From Alphaproteobacteria bacterium (GTDB lineage Bacteria > Pseudomonadota > Alphaproteobacteria > Bin95), in assembly GCA_964291285.2 (NCBI GenBank), contig OZ219787.1, positions 544,001-608,000 of the forward strand: a DNA stretch of 64,000 bases, given 5' to 3'. The notes under the pieces are model-generated. The model was given only the letters and a program-made list of their open reading frames with translations, ran no database searches and was not told the DNA's origin. Every line of letters begins with the position of its first letter. Positions within the stretch are counted from its first letter, which is position 1. Both the position numbers and the translations under genes were made by a program. This document shows positions 61,936 to 64,000 of the stretch, one piece after another.

Positions 61936-62045
61936 TGTCGAGGACCCGTTCCGCATGGCGCGGTCTTCCGAACCGGAATCGGAGTAGCGTCTCAATCCCG
62001 GACCCCGCCGGACGATTCGGCGCCTCGGCCATAAGGCGCACTCTT

Positions 62046-62234
62046 TCAGGGAATCAATTTCAGTGCCGCGACAGCCACGCTGACAACAGCGATCATTGCG
62101 CCGATCATCCGCCAGTCACGGTTGTTGATATCCCGCGTCAGTCGCGCCTCAAGCTGCCCCATCCTGTCGACCACCCGCGTCTCAAGGGACGCCAGGTCGG
62201 CTTTGGTCGCGAACTGTTCGGTTTCGGCGCTCAC
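62046..62234 (-). CDS. Small coiled-coil protein with C-terminal TM helix (DUF1640/CCDC90-like)
   Basis: FATKADLASLETR..LEARL..WRMIGAMIAVVSVAVAALKL; GGAGGGAG RBS before GTG 62234. Confidence 0.6.
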   Translation of the reverse strand: MSAETEQFATKADLASLETRVVDRMGQLEARLTRDINNRDWRMIGAMIAVVSVAVAALKLIP

Positions 62235-62383
62235 GCCGTCTCTCCCTCCAACGCCCACCCTCTACACCATATGGACGTACGGCCAAAGCCATCAAATGCC
62301 GTTTGCTTATCTACGCCATTCCGCCTGCGCATCCCTGATGCCGCAATCGCCGACGCCCTTCGCTCATGCCGGCCGGCGCAGGC

Positions 62384-62728
62384 TCACGATGCCGGAGAAC
62401 GCCCCGTCTGTCCTTCGACTCCATCTTCACCAAGCGCCCTGACCACGGCCTCCGGGTCCCGGTCGATGACGGTGAGCAATACCCGCGCCGCCCTGTCGGG
62501 AACGCGCCGGCCCTGTTCCCACTCCTGGAGAGCGCGCGCGTCGAGGCCGAAACGCTCGGCGAATTGCCGCCGGCTCAGCCGGAACCGCTTGCGCAGCGCC
62601 GCAATCCGGCCCGCGGCGGGGTCGTCCACAATCCGGCATGGCAGGGCCGTCTCGCCGCGGACATGGCCGAGAACCTCGCCCAGAGCCGTTTCGATCTCGA
62701 GCCCGAGCCCGGTGCGTTCCACCGTCAT
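62384..62728 (-). CDS. HigA-like XRE HTH antitoxin
   Basis: LSRRQFAERFGL..LQEWEQGRRVPDRAARVLL; start overlaps the toxin stop (ATGA). Confidence 0.88.
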   Translation of the reverse strand: MTVERTGLGLEIETALGEVLGHVRGETALPCRIVDDPAAGRIAALRKRFRLSRRQFAERFGLDARALQEWEQGRRVPDRAARVLLTVIDRDPEAVVRALGEDGVEGQTGRSPAS

Positions 62729-63057
62729 TGTCCCGTTGCCTCCTTCTTGATCGCGGCGACCAGGCGCGACAACGCTCTCGTGTCCGCCGGCGTGAGGTCT
62801 TCGCGATCCGCCTTCGCGTAGGCCGTCAGCAGGTAGATGGCGCCGGGGCTGGCATGGTAGAAATAGACGGTGCGGATGCCGCCCCGCTTTCCGCGTCCCG
62901 AGCCGGCCCATCGCAGCTTGCGGATACCGCCGGTGCCCCGAATGACGGGCGCCGCATCGGGGGCGGCGACGATACTCTCCTCCATCTCCTTGCGGGCCTC
63001 TTCCCCAAGCAGCTTGCGAATCGCCCGTTCGTAAGTGCGGGTGGAGAAGACCTGCAT
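62725..63057 (-). CDS. RelE/HigB-family toxin
   Basis: IRGTGGIRKLRW..GRGKRGGIRTVY..YLLTAYAK motif; toxin-first gene order. Confidence 0.9.
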   Translation of the reverse strand: MQVFSTRTYERAIRKLLGEEARKEMEESIVAAPDAAPVIRGTGGIRKLRWAGSGRGKRGGIRTVYFYHASPGAIYLLTAYAKADREDLTPADTRALSRLVAAIKKEATGQ

Positions 63058-63065
63058 CGTGCCTC

Positions 63066-63094
63066 AATATGCGGCAATGCCGCTGTCGAAGCAA
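63066..63094 (-). promoter_or_regulatory. higBA-type promoter with palindromic operator
   Basis: Minus strand TTGCTT-N17-CATATT; palindrome GCGGCA-A-TGCCGC (63071-63083) in the spacer; -10 lies 8 nt from ATG (near-leaderless). Confidence 0.6.
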
Positions 63095-63189
63095 GCGCTG
63101 CGGCTCGTCGCGCGATTTCGCTGCCTGCATTCCGCTGCCGGCGCCCGCCCGCTTGCGCGCCCTGCCCCGCGCCGCTCTAATGCGGGCCC

Positions 63190-63714
63190 ATGAAATACAT
63201 CCTTGAAGACCGGCGGGTGGAGGCGCATGAGAGCGCCTTTATCGCGCCGAACGCGGTGTGCATCGGCAGCGTGCGGGTGCTGCGGAACGCCTCGATCTGG
63301 TGGAACGCGGTGCTGCGCGGCGACTATGAGCCCATCGAGGTGGGCGAGGAGACCAACGTCCAGGACGGCTCCGTGCTGCACACCGACCCCGGCTCGCCGC
63401 TCGTGCTCGGCCGCAACGTCACCGTCGGCCACATGGCGATGCTGCACGGCTGCCTCGTCGGGGACGGCACCGTGATCGGCATCGGCGCGGTGGTGCTGAA
63501 CGGGGCGAAGATCGGCAGCAATTGCGTCATTGCCTCCAAGGCGCTGGTGCGCGAGAACGCCGAGATCCCCGACAATTCCATGGTGGTCGGCATTCCCGGC
63601 AGGGTCATCCGGCAGGTGACGCCGGAGATGTCCGCCTTCTTCGCCGAACAGAACCAGTGGTATGTGACCAACCGGGCCCGCTTCAAGGAAAGCCTCCGGC
63701 CCCAGGACGACTGA
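63190..63714 (+). CDS. Gamma carbonic anhydrase family protein
   Basis: VLRGD, TNVQDGSVLH, TVGHMAMLHGC hexapeptide-repeat motifs. Confidence 0.93.
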   Translation: MKYILEDRRVEAHESAFIAPNAVCIGSVRVLRNASIWWNAVLRGDYEPIEVGEETNVQDGSVLHTDPGSPLVLGRNVTVGHMAMLHGCLVGDGTVIGIGAVVLNGAKIGSNCVIASKALVRENAEIPDNSMVVGIPGRVIRQVTPEMSAFFAEQNQWYVTNRARFKESLRPQDD

Positions 63715-63738
63715 CCGACCGACCAGCGAGTGACCGAC

Positions 63739-64000
63739 ATGACCGACGACAGCAACCGCGCCCTGGCGGGCGTCCGCGTGCTCGACCTGACGCAATTCGA
63801 GGCGGGCCCCTCCTGCACCGAAGCGCTGGCATGGCTCGGCGCCGACGTGGTGAAGGTCGAGCGGCCGGGCTCCGGCGAGCAGGGCCGCTTCGCCTCCACC
63901 GACCGGCCGGGCGTGGACAGCTACTATTTCATGCTGCTGAACGCGAACAAGAAGAGCGTCACCGTCAACCTGAAGAGCCCGGAAGGGCTGGAGACGGTGA
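63739..64000 (+). CDS. Family III CoA-transferase (formyl-CoA transferase-like), 5' part truncated by window end
   Basis: [41 protein letters not shown]. Confidence 0.85.
   Translation, partial: MTDDSNRALAGVRVLDLTQFEAGPSCTEALAWLGADVVKVERPGSGEQGRFASTDRPGVDSYYFMLLNANKKSVTVNLKSPEGLETV

Noticed and set aside
61960-62032. Possible gene stub on the minus strand (MAEAPNRPAGSGIETLL..)
   Set aside because: Too short and degenerate to assign, and the ORF runs antisense into mazF.
63709-63750. Short GACC/GACCGAC tandem repeats before the final CoA-transferase
   Set aside because: Few imperfect units, partly coding, with no evidence for phase variation.

Overview
This is a GC-rich alphaproteobacterial chromosome segment, with a Rhodospirillales-like gene order; several features hint at a marine or host-associated lifestyle (inference). 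It is mostly core genes: olsB(partial)-olsA-miaB-phoH-ybeY-corC-lnt, metK-trmB-rimP-nusA-ylxR-infB-rbfA-truB-rpsO-pnp, gabD-rpiA-gor, msrA, ftsB-pdhABC-lpdA-lipA-ratA, pgsA-mobB-moaDE, catalase, TAXI-TRAP transport and creatinase. Accessory patches lie at about 6.1-7.1 kb, 42.8-46 kb, 48.3-49.9 kb and 60.9-63.1 kb. The most unusual observation is a pair of paralogous stand-alone double-HTH proteins resembling the IS630 ORF-A DNA-binding region (6342-6779 and 42867-43310). Neither has a DDE domain or a frameshift site. Both end in an Arg-rich tail, differ mainly in the predicted recognition helices, and share an upstream sigma70-type promoter overlapped by a one-mismatch alphaproteobacterial LexA box. 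They look like transposase-derived, possibly SOS-induced, DNA-binding proteins. Other notable items are a MazF toxin with a ~100 aa C-terminal extension, an AbiEii-type nucleotidyltransferase with a small unfamiliar upstream partner, and MORN-repeat lipoproteins carrying a 4-Cys capping module seen three times. No rRNA, tRNA or CRISPR array was seen. All calls come from reading motifs by eye; no database search was run.
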